Source: Escherichia phage AV103
Sequence record: OR352934.1
Reading direction: 5' to 3' (one strand)
DNA: 39,735 nt
Of the stretch, positions 11,193-20,745 are shown piece after piece (position 1 is the first letter of the stretch; each line of letters starts with the position of its first letter). The translations under genes and the position numbers were made by a program. A model generated the notes under the pieces. That model did no database searches and had not been told where the DNA came from. It worked only from the letters and a program-made list of their open reading frames with translations.

Positions 11193-11783
11193 TTACCTCC
11201 CCGTCTTGGTTCCTTTAGCGGCAACTATAGGTGCCTTAGTTGTGGACTTAGAGTCGAACGCACCGGATGCATAAGCACTCGCAGCGGAAGACCCCATGAT
11301 AGCCAGTGGGTCCAGAACCATCTGTAGCTTACTCTTCTGCTTCTGTTCGCCCTTATAGATTTCTCTAATCTGGCTTGCAGCACCTTGAGTACCGCCAAGT
11401 TGCTGTGCGAAGATTGCTTGGTAGTCACGACGATAGTTCTCAGTTACCATATTGGCTTCCCGAATGAACTGTCCATCTGTGACTCGCTTAATGCGGTCCA
11501 TTGAGGAACCTTCAAGCATACTCTCTCCGATAGCCGCTCGGATAGACCCCATAGCTTGGACCTTCTGCATGTTCTGAGCGGTCAACTCAGAGGACGCTTC
11601 CTCAAGTTTACTTCGAGCTTGTAGCGATAGGTCAGCATTCTGGATGTTCGTCTGCTTCATAAGTTCAAAGGCTTGACGACGACCAGCAGCGGTCTGAGCG
11701 GCAATCATTTTGGCCTGAGTGTGCTGACCACTGATAGCCTGAGCGCCAGCTATAGCGATAGGAATTGCGGCTGCCCAACACAT
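11193..11783 (-). CDS. 14: Internal virion (core) protein B, 196 aa
   Basis: Start taken at internal ATG (MCWAAAIPIAIAG...) preceded by AGGAGG; gives 196 aa as in T7 gp14; the longer 221-aa ORF overlaps gene 13. Confidence 0.85.
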   Translation of the reverse strand: MCWAAAIPIAIAGAQAISGQHTQAKMIAAQTAAGRRQAFELMKQTNIQNADLSLQARSKLEEASSELTAQNMQKVQAMGSIRAAIGESMLEGSSMDRIKRVTDGQFIREANMVTENYRRDYQAIFAQQLGGTQGAASQIREIYKGEQKQKSKLQMVLDPLAIMGSSAASAYASGAFDSKSTTKAPIVAAKGTKTGR

Positions 11784-11787
11784 ATGG

Positions 11788-12204
11788 TTATCCTCCTTTC
11801 GTGATTGTAAATAACTGAAATTGACCATCCTGTGTGTACTCTTCATGGAATACCGCACCGATAGTCTTGAGGAAACGAATGTGGGACGTATTGCCTACCC
11901 ATACGTAATTCCAAAGAGTATCATACTTCTCAAGCATCTTATCGCGATACTCCATGATTAACTTACGGAACTCTCGCTTAGCTTTTCCACTAAGTCGCCA
12001 CACTTGGTCGCTCGTAACGAACCAGCACTGGTCCCCACAGTTACCACCGATAGCTAGAGGGAACCCATGTAGGCTCAACGTGACACACTCGGAAGCATCA
12101 GGGAAACTCGGCTCAATACCCGCAGCCTTAGCTTCAAGAATGTCATGGTGAGCCGGAGTGAATACCTCAAAGTCTGTACTTTTAGTAGGTCTTATAATCA
12201 TCAT
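11788..12204 (-). CDS. 13: Internal virion protein A (gene 13-like), 138 aa
   Basis: 138-aa ORF directly downstream of a T7-type promoter; length equals T7 gp13. Confidence 0.85.
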   Translation of the reverse strand: MMIIRPTKSTDFEVFTPAHHDILEAKAAGIEPSFPDASECVTLSLHGFPLAIGGNCGDQCWFVTSDQVWRLSGKAKREFRKLIMEYRDKMLEKYDTLWNYVWVGNTSHIRFLKTIGAVFHEEYTQDGQFQLFTITKGG

Positions 12205-12231
12205 AAGAAAACCCTCCCGTAGTCGTATTGT

Positions 12232-12254
12232 TCTCCCTATAGTGAGTCGTATTA
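12232..12254 (-). promoter_or_regulatory. T7 RNAP promoter (phi13)
   Basis: Reverse complement TAATACGACTCACTATAGGGAGA upstream of gene 13. Confidence 0.9.
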
Positions 12255-12284
12255 ATTTCGAGCCACCACAGGGAGAACATTTAA

Positions 12285-14675
12285 TTAAATACCGGAACTT
12301 CTCCGTAAGTAGTTACCTTCCCAGCCACACCCAATGATGTTCAGCGGGGTAGTCTCGTCAGACAAGATGGACACGGTATTGAACTTGGCGTTACCAACCA
12401 CAGGGAATCGGTATTGTCCTGTCCCTAAGTTCAATCTCCCAGCCCTCAGAGCGTTAGAGCCTAAGCGGGCACCAGCCATTGTGTACTTCCAGTTGGACGA
12501 TTGGTTCTCAACATAAATGTCGAACGTACCAGACTCCTCATAGTTAACCCACGCTCGGCGTAACTGCAAGCGACCAATGTCTTCCGTTGAGGTTGACCCA
12601 TCGTCGGCAGTCTGCTTGATGAGGAACTTAGAGAACTCATAGACGAAGTTAATGTTGAACCCAATGTACACCGTTCGTCCCTCTAAGTTACCTCTGAGTC
12701 TCAGCCAAGGGTCACTATGCCACCCCGCAGCAGGCTGCTCAAACACTGTTATCTTACCATCAGGTTCTAGTACAGTGATTTTGCCTCTCCCGAAGTTAGC
12801 ACCATAAATGGTTGGAAGATGAATAGAGGTAGTGAATGAGTCATCGTTGTATGTTCCTCTAGGAATCGTGTAGCGAACCTTCATATCCATAAAGGCACGA
12901 TATGGTTCACCTTGTAAGTCAATGGCATTCTTAGTAAAAGCTATTTTAGCTAGGAACGTATTGAACTCATTGCGAAGAATCACATACATAGTTGAGTTGA
13001 TACTCTGACACGCCAGAACCTGTACGTTTTCCCCAAAGTCCCAATGAGACCACGACTGTTGTCTCAACTCTTCGTTCAGGTACAGGAATTTGTAGATGAA
13101 GATTTTACTTGGGTCCCCATGAGATAGTACAGAACAGAAGTTTTCCGTACCACTACCGCAGATACTGAACACACCGTTAGGGATATAGTTAGGAACGTGT
13201 GCTGTAATGTCCTCAGCGTTCTTAACGGAACTTACGTCCTGCACAGCGTAGTACCTGTGGATGGACGTGAAGCTGGACCTTGGACTAGCAAAGTAGACAT
13301 TACGCCCAATGCCATACGGTCTCGCTCGGTCCTGTACGTCAAACTGAGTCGTTAGGTTCAACTCAACCGACTTAGACGTGAGAGTGCCAGAAGCTGTCAG
13401 GACGAATTGTGCCTCATCGGACCAGATTAGTAACTCTTCTGAGAACGGGACGGCGTACTTAAGGATTGCTATCCTGTTTGTACTAACAGCTACGTCTATA
13501 GGGTCATCGTCACTTAGGTTAGCGACTGACGCTGGGAAGAAGTTAAAATATTTTGCAGTACGGCTCAATATAATGTTCTCTCCGCTAAGGAATCCTAAAC
13601 GGTTACGGAAGAAGAAGACATCGTTAATCGTAGAGCCTACGAATGAAGGATACGGGTTAGTATCAGCATCACCGCACACCCTAGGGTTCCATGAGATGGT
13701 CTTGAACTCAAAGTTGCCGTCAGAGGCCCTGACTAGAGCGTGAGGCATCGTATCGTGCGTGTAGTGCAGCTTGGTGTTCCACCCAACAACTTCCTTCCAT
13801 ACCTTACGACTGGTATCATACTGAACGTAATACTGGTCAGCGGACTTTGAGGAATCTCCCACAATCTTAACCATATAGCCGTCTGGGGCGTTTGGTGGTA
13901 ACTTAGAGAACGACTGAGCGTAGTGGGTGACAGGACTAATTAGCTGGTCTGCATAACCATCCTCTGTCGATATGTTCCACACCTCACCACTGGCAGGTGC
14001 TATCACATGGATGAAACCTTGACCAACATTGAATGTCCACCCGTAGGGTCCTAGGTTGTTCCTGAGTTGATTAGCCAACTCGTTAGCCAGCCATTGAGCA
14101 TCAGTATTGTTGACGTGTTCTGGAGCGGACCCGTTAGGGATTGTGTACGATGCATATACTGCACCATTAATCAGCACCTTCAACGTTCTTCCATACTGAC
14201 CGCCTCGCACGTTAATCAGTGCGTCACCTTTATCCCGAAAGTTACCACCAGTTGAAATTTCGGTGGACTCGGTTACTGTGACGTTTCTGTTAACGACAAA
14301 CGTGTAGTCGGCAACTGTCACCATCCGAAGGTCGTTCCTTGGGTTAGCTGTCTGTACATATGCTGCCCCTGTAGGGAAACGCACTTGTTTCTCGTTACCA
14401 GCAAGGTCAAACACACGGATGGTACTTCCGGTAAACACTGCGTAGTACCGCTCATACTCGTCACGGTTTATCAAGTGAATTAAAGGCGCTTGTCCTAAGT
14501 CTCCACTTCCTCCGAGTGTCTTAAGGAAAACCAGAGGTGGACGCTTTTGGAGGCCCTCGGTCTCCGAAGACCAACCGTTAACTTGGCGTGACCCTTGGTC
14601 TGGATAACGAAGGATGTCAGGCTGTTGGCTGATACCACCCTTCAAGTTCTTGATTGATTGGCTAATGAGTGCCAT
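12285..14675 (-). CDS. 12: Tail tubular protein B, 796 aa
   Basis: 796-aa ORF MALISQSIKNLKGGISQQPD...; size and position match T7 gp12. Confidence 0.95.
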   Translation of the reverse strand: MALISQSIKNLKGGISQQPDILRYPDQGSRQVNGWSSETEGLQKRPPLVFLKTLGGSGDLGQAPLIHLINRDEYERYYAVFTGSTIRVFDLAGNEKQVRFPTGAAYVQTANPRNDLRMVTVADYTFVVNRNVTVTESTEISTGGNFRDKGDALINVRGGQYGRTLKVLINGAVYASYTIPNGSAPEHVNNTDAQWLANELANQLRNNLGPYGWTFNVGQGFIHVIAPASGEVWNISTEDGYADQLISPVTHYAQSFSKLPPNAPDGYMVKIVGDSSKSADQYYVQYDTSRKVWKEVVGWNTKLHYTHDTMPHALVRASDGNFEFKTISWNPRVCGDADTNPYPSFVGSTINDVFFFRNRLGFLSGENIILSRTAKYFNFFPASVANLSDDDPIDVAVSTNRIAILKYAVPFSEELLIWSDEAQFVLTASGTLTSKSVELNLTTQFDVQDRARPYGIGRNVYFASPRSSFTSIHRYYAVQDVSSVKNAEDITAHVPNYIPNGVFSICGSGTENFCSVLSHGDPSKIFIYKFLYLNEELRQQSWSHWDFGENVQVLACQSINSTMYVILRNEFNTFLAKIAFTKNAIDLQGEPYRAFMDMKVRYTIPRGTYNDDSFTTSIHLPTIYGANFGRGKITVLEPDGKITVFEQPAAGWHSDPWLRLRGNLEGRTVYIGFNINFVYEFSKFLIKQTADDGSTSTEDIGRLQLRRAWVNYEESGTFDIYVENQSSNWKYTMAGARLGSNALRAGRLNLGTGQYRFPVVGNAKFNTVSILSDETTPLNIIGCGWEGNYLRRSSGI

Positions 14676-14695
14676 TAGAGCCTCCTTATTGATGA

Positions 14696-15286
14696 TTAGC
14701 GAGTCAGTAGACCAGAAGTGAACGCATCGCCATCCAGCATATTGTACCCACCGTAGTCCACTTCGTACTCCATACAGAGACGTCTAGCTTCATCTTCCTC
14801 TTCTTGAAGTACACCCTCTACCTCTGGTGCCCCAAAGAATCGGTTGTTGAACTGACGGGAAGCCTTGGTTACTATCCAGTAGCGGAAGCACTCAGGCATC
14901 TCATCGTAGTCTCGAAGACGTATAATGTTCACAGTAATGCCAGAGTCAAAGCGGTCTGTTTGATTCGTTCGGTCATACACATAGCCACCTCGGTTGACGT
15001 AGATGGATTGACCGGAAGTAGACATTAAGGATAAATAGTCATCGCTGTATACAATCAGGTTGGAGTAAACATCAGGTAAGAGCGTTACACCTTCCTCAAT
15101 GTTGAACGTCCAGCCACGAGACTGAATCTGTCGGTTAATCTTATTGAGAATACGTCGAGCGTTCGCCACGTCTGCGTTAGCATCACCTTCCAGCGTCGAT
15201 ACCGGAGGTTCCCCGATAGATGCCAGAATGTCGTTCACAGCGGATAACTCAGCGGCAGTCTCAACGTTCATATCGTAAGAGCGCAT
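14696..15286 (-). CDS. 11: Tail tubular protein A, 196 aa
   Basis: 196-aa [32 protein letters not shown]...; SD GAAAGGAGGAACTAT-ATG just downstream of the terminator. Confidence 0.95.
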   Translation of the reverse strand: MRSYDMNVETAAELSAVNDILASIGEPPVSTLEGDANADVANARRILNKINRQIQSRGWTFNIEEGVTLLPDVYSNLIVYSDDYLSLMSTSGQSIYVNRGGYVYDRTNQTDRFDSGITVNIIRLRDYDEMPECFRYWIVTKASRQFNNRFFGAPEVEGVLQEEEDEARRLCMEYEVDYGGYNMLDGDAFTSGLLTR

Positions 15287-15304
15287 ATAGTTCCTCCTCC
15301 TTTC

Positions 15305-15350
15305 AGCAAAAAACCCCTCAAGACCCGTTTAGAGGCCCCAAGGGGTTATG
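15305..15350 (-). terminator. T7 late terminator Tphi
   Basis: Reverse complement CTAGCATAACCCCTTGGGGCCTCTAAACGGGTCTTGAGGGGTTTTTTG: GC-rich hairpin plus U-tract between capsid gene and gene 11. Confidence 0.95.
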
Positions 15351-15354
15351 CTAG

Positions 15355-16544
15355 TTATTGCTCAGCGGTGGCGGCAGCCAACTCAGCTTCCTTTCGGGCT
15401 TTGTTAGCAGCGCGGGTGCGTGCGGCCTTCTGTGCTGGCGTTAAGGTTTCTTCTGTTGAAGTAACACTCTCCTCTTCGGGACTAGCAGCGACCGTTGAGG
15501 CCACTCCCAGCATTACTTCCCCTTGAAAACCACTGCACCAGCAGCTTCTGGGCGCAGACCACCGTGGCCCATTGCATACTTAGCAATAATCTGGTCTGCT
15601 TGGAAGTTAGCACGGCGAGCGCGCTCCAGAGCCAAGTCACGCAGTTTAACAGTACCTACCGCAGAGCGGTGCATGAACAGGCCGATAACGTTGTCCTTAG
15701 CAACCTTGTCGTTACCACTCTTAGTGGCAGGGAAGGCGTGCTTCTGACCAGTAGTATCATCACGAGAGGTGCCAGCACCACCAGCGGTGAGGTGAGGAAC
15801 TTCTACAACCTCAAAGCCCATAACGTTGCGGATAGAACCCTTCTCAGGGTCAATCAGAGCAGCGTAGTTTGCTGCGTTCGGCATAAGTGCTGCCAGAATC
15901 GCAGAGTAGCTATCTGGGTCGCAGTAGAACACACGGTCAGCAGCCGGAACATAGTTCTTAGTCAGAGCCGCACGAGCCTTGGTCAGAGCCGCAATAATCT
16001 CCTTACCCAGCGCAACTTGGTCGGTAAGTGCCGCCTTGTCCTGAGTGGTCTCAATTACGGTAGCAGTGCCCAGACCTGCAATGTTCTCATCAGAGGCGCT
16101 CGCCAAGTTACACAGGCCAGCAATCTCAGCCAGAACCGCACCATCAGCAGCCATAGCCAGAGATTCACCCAACTGAGAGGTATACTCAGAGCGAACGTCA
16201 TAGTGGTTCATCGCGTCCTCAATATCGTAAATCAGAACGTCAGCCGTCAGTAGGCCATCAATGGTGATGGTCTTCTCGGTGTGTTTGATGTCTTTACGTT
16301 TATCATCGAGGTTCTCACCAGGAGACAAGTAAGCTGCCTGAGTGCGACCCAGTACAGGGAACTGAGCGGATTTACCGCTGGAGATGGAACGGACCATGTG
16401 GCGAGAAGTGGTCACAGAGGTACGAGCGAATGCAGTCAGAACTTCACCACCAAATACCTTCAAGAACAACGCCAGTTTATCAGAAGCGCTTGCACCTTTA
16501 CCTTGGTTAGTACCCAGTTGCTGTCCACCAGTCATAGTAGTCAT
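15355..16544 (-). CDS. 10B: Minor capsid protein 10B, made by -1 frameshift near the 3' end of 10A
   Basis: Sense strand has GGTTTTC close to the 10A stop; the -1 frame stays open for about 53 codons (...TLTPAQKAARTRAANKARKEAELAAATAEQ*), stopping at 15355-15357 just before Tphi. Confidence 0.6.
15513..16544 (-). CDS. 10A: Major capsid protein 10A, 343 aa
   Basis: 343-aa ORF MTTMTGGQQLGTNQGKG...; preceded by phi10 leader and SD AAGGAGA. Confidence 0.95.
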   Translation of the reverse strand: MTTMTGGQQLGTNQGKGASASDKLALFLKVFGGEVLTAFARTSVTTSRHMVRSISSGKSAQFPVLGRTQAAYLSPGENLDDKRKDIKHTEKTITIDGLLTADVLIYDIEDAMNHYDVRSEYTSQLGESLAMAADGAVLAEIAGLCNLASASDENIAGLGTATVIETTQDKAALTDQVALGKEIIAALTKARAALTKNYVPAADRVFYCDPDSYSAILAALMPNAANYAALIDPEKGSIRNVMGFEVVEVPHLTAGGAGTSRDDTTGQKHAFPATKSGNDKVAKDNVIGLFMHRSAVGTVKLRDLALERARRANFQADQIIAKYAMGHGGLRPEAAGAVVFKGK

Positions 16545-16602
16545 ATGTATGTCTCCTTCTTAAAGTTAAACAAGAATGATTTCTAGAGGGAAACCGTTGT
16601 GG

Positions 16603-16625
16603 TCTCCCTATAGTGAGTCGTATTA
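16603..16625 (-). promoter_or_regulatory. T7 RNAP promoter (phi10) with GGGAGACCACAACGGTTTCCC leader hairpin
   Basis: Reverse complement TAATACGACTCACTATAGGGAGACCACAACGGTTTCCCTCTAGAAAT...AAGGAGA...ATG. Confidence 0.95.
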
Positions 16626-16638
16626 ATTTAAGAGTCTA

Positions 16639-17562
16639 TCAGAAGTTCGAGTCGATTACTTTCTGTTCGACTTGACGACGATAATTGGCATCTGTGCGAT
16701 ACCGAGGGTCGCTCATAGCTTTAATCATCTCGCTACGGTCCGCAAAGCCTTCACGCTTGGTCGCCTGAGGTTTAGCCGGAATAGCACGATTAGTCACGCT
16801 ACGAGTTGGCTTACGACCGAACGCCTTAGCGCGAGACTCACCAGCCAAGTTGATGATAGCCTTAACGGTCGCTAAGTCACGATTGGTCAACGCATTGTCC
16901 AGTGACTGTGCAGCCTCAGGGTTGTGCGTCTCAAGGTGATTGTACAGTGCGTCAAAACGCTCACGACCGCCAGCGTACTCAATGACACTGTTTACGTACC
17001 GCTCCACCAGAGCCTCTTGACCACGAATGTATGAGTCAATGAAAGCCTTCGTGTAGCCAATTTCAGCCAGCTTAGCGTAGGACTCAGCGGACAACTCTTC
17101 GTTCTCCTCGTACTCACGCTGGATGGCCTCTATGGTCTCAACACTCATGCCACGCTCGGCAGCAATGTTAATCATCTCTTGGAAGCCCTCTTCGTGCTCG
17201 CCAAGTTGCTCAGAGGCGGCTACCAGTTCTTCTGGAGTCTCACCCAGCGGGGTAAACTCCTCGGAACCTTCGGTGTCATCAGCGCCTTCTTCACCAGTGT
17301 CCACATCGGTCGGCTCAGAGCCATCCCCAATGCGAACCTGAATGCGGCCTTCGTCATCCTCTTGACCGAATGGGTCAGAGTTGTCGTACAGGTCACGTTC
17401 TGTTTCCACTTCGTCGGACGCTAACTCGATTGCATCATCGCCATCACGGGCAGCAACATCAAGAGCCAGCATGTTCTGCTCATGTTCCTCAACGGAACCA
17501 CCAGACATCACAGCGGAGTTCACGCCAAAAGATGCATATACGTCTGCATTAGATTCAGCCAT
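16639..17562 (-). CDS. 9: Capsid assembly (scaffolding) protein, 307 aa
   Basis: 307-aa highly acidic ORF between portal and capsid genes; same length as T7 gp9. Confidence 0.95.
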   Translation of the reverse strand: MAESNADVYASFGVNSAVMSGGSVEEHEQNMLALDVAARDGDDAIELASDEVETERDLYDNSDPFGQEDDEGRIQVRIGDGSEPTDVDTGEEGADDTEGSEEFTPLGETPEELVAASEQLGEHEEGFQEMINIAAERGMSVETIEAIQREYEENEELSAESYAKLAEIGYTKAFIDSYIRGQEALVERYVNSVIEYAGGRERFDALYNHLETHNPEAAQSLDNALTNRDLATVKAIINLAGESRAKAFGRKPTRSVTNRAIPAKPQATKREGFADRSEMIKAMSDPRYRTDANYRRQVEQKVIDSNF

Positions 17563-17638
17563 TATTATTGTCTCCTTAAAGTTGAACTACAGGGAGACGC
17601 AGCGAAGGTCCGCAGTACGGATTGCCTCGAAGTCTTAC

Positions 17639-17661
17639 TCTCCCTATAGTGAGTCGTATTA
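17639..17661 (-). promoter_or_regulatory. T7 RNAP promoter (phi9)
   Basis: Reverse complement TAATACGACTCACTATAGGGAGA overlapping the 3' end of gene 8. Confidence 0.9.
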
Positions 17662-19269
17662 AATACCCGGCTGTAGACCTACGGACTCAGCGGCAGCAGT
17701 CATAGCCTCAGGTGAAGCTGTGGCCTGCGCAGCCATACCTTGACCAAGCGCAGCAGCACCACTATCCATACCCATTTGCATAGACTGTTGAGCCATCCTC
17801 TGTTGCTTCTGTTCTTCGGTAAGAAGGATACCAGAAGTGTCAATACCGATGGCGTTAGCAATGCGCAACTTAATCATAGCAAGGTTGATGTCAGGGTCAT
17901 CACGCATAGGAGCTAGAGCAGCCCACGCAGTGACACAACGCTCCAGCTTATCGAGGTCTTGACCACGACCGATTGCTTCCAGACCTGTACTAATGGTTGG
18001 CTCTACGGCTTCCTTAGGTAACTCAGGAATCTGTTGCGTGGCTTGTAGTTGCTTCAAGAGCACTCGTACCAGAGGCAATTGTAATTCTTGAGAAAGGATT
18101 GAGTAGACACCACCTAAAGTATCTTCAAGTTCAGAAGCGACATACCGAATCTCTTCGGCGGTAACACGTTCACCTGTGCGCTGAACCGCAGAGTTCAACA
18201 TAAAGGCAAACGAAAGTCGAGCCTCAATAGCGTCACTGACAGCCTTGGCTACAGTAAAGTCTGCTTGCTTCTCCAGTTGGAGGAACGAGATGTCTTCTGG
18301 ACGACCAGTAACGAAGTCACCAGTCTGAGCTTTGGTCAGTCGGCGTGGCTGGGTGATACCAGCAGGATTCACTAAGCCGATAACCTTAGAGCTAATCATG
18401 GACATCTTGACGATAGCCTCTTGGAGATTCTCAAGGGACCGTAAGTCACCTAAGTATTCCTCAATGTACGAACGACCGTAGGATTCACCGTCCAGACGAA
18501 CCATTCGAATCGGGATGTATGGGCAAGCATCTTTAGGATACGCCCCATCGGAGCCTTGTATCTCCATACCTTCAACCTCTTCGTAGCGGAGATATTCGTC
18601 TGACTCTTCGTCCAAGTAGATGTGAGTATACACATCAATGGTCTCATCAGGTTTCTTCTCACCGCCTTGACCTTCTACAGCCTTACGGATGTCCTCAGGG
18701 AGAGCACCAAAAGCTATCTGGTCACGAGTCACCATTTGCAGAACGTTGCCGAATGCGTCTCGTTGGACCACATAAGAAGACAATCGGTACAGCTTCATGG
18801 GATTATAGTTTGACCCTTCCGGTTCAGGTAGGTACAGCAGGACATTACCAGCTACGACTAACTGTTTGAGAGCCTCAAAGAGAGTCACTCGGTAACTGTT
18901 AGACTCAATGTAGTTCATGATGATACGCTCTACCATCGAGAGACCCTCATCGACCTTAGCGAGTCCATCGGGGTCATTCAGTAACTGTTTTGCTTCATAC
19001 TCAGAGATGGTCAGCTTCATCCACGTTTGCATCGGGAAGAGAGCCAGCATGAGCTTAGAGGCCAAGTTATTGAGACCGCGAGCACCCACAGCTTGCCACG
19101 GAGTTGTGTAGTCTGTGGATGAGTTATCGGAGTCCTTAGGGAAGAGGGACGGAATGGTATACTGAGCGCAGTTTTGGGCACGAGTCTCATAAGGAGCGCG
19201 GTCGTTCTTTAATCGCTCATAGACCGACTTTGCACCTTCCTCGGCTAGACCTGTACGCTTCTCAGCCAT
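17659..19269 (-). CDS. 8: Portal (head-to-tail connector) protein, 536 aa
   Basis: 536-aa ORF MAEKRTGLAEEGAKSVYERLKNDRAPYETRAQN...; length equals T7 gp8. Confidence 0.95.
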   Translation of the reverse strand: MAEKRTGLAEEGAKSVYERLKNDRAPYETRAQNCAQYTIPSLFPKDSDNSSTDYTTPWQAVGARGLNNLASKLMLALFPMQTWMKLTISEYEAKQLLNDPDGLAKVDEGLSMVERIIMNYIESNSYRVTLFEALKQLVVAGNVLLYLPEPEGSNYNPMKLYRLSSYVVQRDAFGNVLQMVTRDQIAFGALPEDIRKAVEGQGGEKKPDETIDVYTHIYLDEESDEYLRYEEVEGMEIQGSDGAYPKDACPYIPIRMVRLDGESYGRSYIEEYLGDLRSLENLQEAIVKMSMISSKVIGLVNPAGITQPRRLTKAQTGDFVTGRPEDISFLQLEKQADFTVAKAVSDAIEARLSFAFMLNSAVQRTGERVTAEEIRYVASELEDTLGGVYSILSQELQLPLVRVLLKQLQATQQIPELPKEAVEPTISTGLEAIGRGQDLDKLERCVTAWAALAPMRDDPDINLAMIKLRIANAIGIDTSGILLTEEQKQQRMAQQSMQMGMDSGAAALGQGMAAQATASPEAMTAAAESVGLQPGI

Positions 19270-19283
19270 GTGTCACCTCCTGT

Positions 19284-19604
19284 TTAAATGTTGATGCCGC
19301 CACCGGAGCTACGGGCTACACTCAAGGACTTCTTACCGCCAGAACGAGCTTTCCTGCGTCCGCTTTCGGTCTGTGCTTCGTCCTCAGTGGAAACCTCTTT
19401 CTCAGGTACGTCAACAATTTGTGCAGCAGGGGTCGCAGCAGCCGTTGGCTGTGGTACTTCCACCACCTGTGCTTCACCAGCACCACCTGCCAGCGCACCA
19501 GCAACCTGTTTAATAGGACGAGTCACTTCCTTGGTAACTTTCTTCACAGCTTTCTCAACGGGCTTAGTGATTTTCTTCACTACCTTCTTAACTTTCTTAC
19601 CCAT
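19284..19604 (-). CDS. 7.3: Gene 7.3-like virion/host-range protein, 106 aa
   Basis: Lysine-rich N-terminus MGKKVKKVVKKITKPVEKAVKKV and C-terminus KSLSVARSSGGGINI, as I recall for T7 gp7.3. Confidence 0.85.
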   Translation of the reverse strand: MGKKVKKVVKKITKPVEKAVKKVTKEVTRPIKQVAGALAGGAGEAQVVEVPQPTAAATPAAQIVDVPEKEVSTEDEAQTESGRRKARSGGKKSLSVARSSGGGINI

Positions 19605-19607
19605 AAC

Positions 19608-20009
19608 TTATACCTCCTTAAAGTATACACGCATTGTCTCGCCTTCATGTTTACAGCGGGACACCCAATCGCAATCGTGGAGTTCTGCAAGGTACTTAAA
19701 GCGTTTCGCGAGGAATCGCTGTAAGCCCTTAGAGTCTGCCTCAGGATTAATAACAACTGACGTAACGTCCAGAATGTCTCCCTTGTGGTGAATGTCACAG
19801 CTTACGCACCACGCGAAGTACGCTACATGTTTTCCGGTAGAGTCCAGAATGTACTCTTCACGGCAACCAGACATGTCCATAACTTCGTCAACGTAGAGGC
19901 TGTAGCCCACAAAGTGTCCTTCGAATCCCTTAGGCAACCCAAGGTGTTCCACAGTCCACCGAATTGCACGGAAGCGACTCTTGGCCTCCACACATGTGAA
20001 CTCAGGCAT
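19608..20009 (-). CDS. 7: Gene 7 host-range protein, 133 aa
   Basis: 133-aa ORF between 6.7 and 7.3; same length as T7 gp7. Confidence 0.85.
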   Translation of the reverse strand: MPEFTCVEAKSRFRAIRWTVEHLGLPKGFEGHFVGYSLYVDEVMDMSGCREEYILDSTGKHVAYFAWCVSCDIHHKGDILDVTSVVINPEADSKGLQRFLAKRFKYLAELHDCDWVSRCKHEGETMRVYFKEV

Positions 20010-20275
20010 TACTTCTTACCTCCGAATGCGGACTTACGGATTGAAGATTTCATACGAGCTGAACCAGTACCACTGGCTTTAGACTTCGCTACGGAATCAT
20101 CGCGTTCGACCTTGAGGTCTTTGCGTCCAGACACTTCGGTGCCTTCGGTATCCGTCTCATCAGAAGACCCACCGAACTCTACGCTTGACACTTCTTTGGT
20201 CAGAGGCGCTGGCTCAACGGCTCGAATCTGATTGGTATCCATCTTCGGAACTTTAACTTTCGGTGAGAAACACAT
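20009..20275 (-). CDS. 6.7: Gene 6.7 virion protein, 88 aa
   Basis: Start at internal ATG (MCFSPKVKVPKMDTNQIRAVEPAPL...) with SD GGGAGGA; 88 aa as T7 gp6.7. Confidence 0.8.
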   Translation of the reverse strand: MCFSPKVKVPKMDTNQIRAVEPAPLTKEVSSVEFGGSSDETDTEGTEVSGRKDLKVERDDSVAKSKASGTGSARMKSSIRKSAFGGKK

Positions 20276-20279
20276 AAGG

Positions 20280-20534
20280 TCAATCCTCCCCATCATCTCT
20301 TAGTTGTTCCTTGCGTAACTCAATCTCATCAATGACGTTAGAGGCATACTGTAGGCCCTGAATGAAACCCAAGATGTGGGCTTCACTACAACCATTAGCA
20401 CGCATAAGTCCTATATGACCAGACGCTTCGAGATACGCATAGTTGAATCGAACCTGTAGATACTCAGCGGTTGCACGAGGCACATCTGGAATATCGTTAG
20501 GGTTCTTAAGTAATTGGTTAATAGGTGTTAACAT
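20280..20534 (-). CDS. 6.5: Gene 6.5 protein, 84 aa
   Basis: 84-aa ORF immediately downstream of phi6.5. Confidence 0.8.
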
Positions 20535-20570
20535 GATAAAGATTCCTCTTAGAGTTAAATCTTAAAGTAA

Positions 20571-20645
20571 TAATCATAAAGGCCCCTATCTCCCTATAGT
20601 GAGTCGTATTAATTTAGGGACCTTGAGTTTATCACTTAGTGTCGT
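20571..20645 (-). promoter_or_regulatory. RNase III site (R6.5-like) enclosing the phi6.5 promoter
   Basis: ATCATAAAGGCCCC...GGGACCTTGAG inverted repeat flanks the promoter sequence. Confidence 0.5.
20589..20611 (-). promoter_or_regulatory. T7 RNAP promoter (phi6.5)
   Basis: Reverse complement TAATACGACTCACTATAGGGAGA. Confidence 0.9.
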
Positions 20646-20745
20646 GTAACGACTTGATTACTAGGGCTAAGTCCCAAAGGCCCAACGAAATGATGCACGT
20701 TCCGAGAGCACAAATAATAATGCCAAGCCACTCTATGGTCTCCAC
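20632..20745 (-). CDS. 6.3: Gene 6.3-like small hydrophobic protein, 37 aa, GTG start
   Basis: GTG at 20745 preceded by AAGGAGA with 7-nt spacer; translates (M)ETIEWLGIIICALGTCIISLGLWDLALVIKSLHDTK; overlaps the gene 6 stop as T7 6.3 does. Confidence 0.5.
   Translation of the reverse strand: METIEWLGIIICALGTCIISLGLWDLALVIKSLHDTK

Noticed and set aside
11193-11858. 221-aa ORF as gene 14
   Set aside because: The upstream 25 codons overlap gene 13 and lack an SD; the internal ATG at 11783 has AGGAGG.
15495-16253. 252-aa plus-strand ORF
   Set aside because: Antisense to the major capsid gene 10A; composition typical of a reverse-frame artefact.
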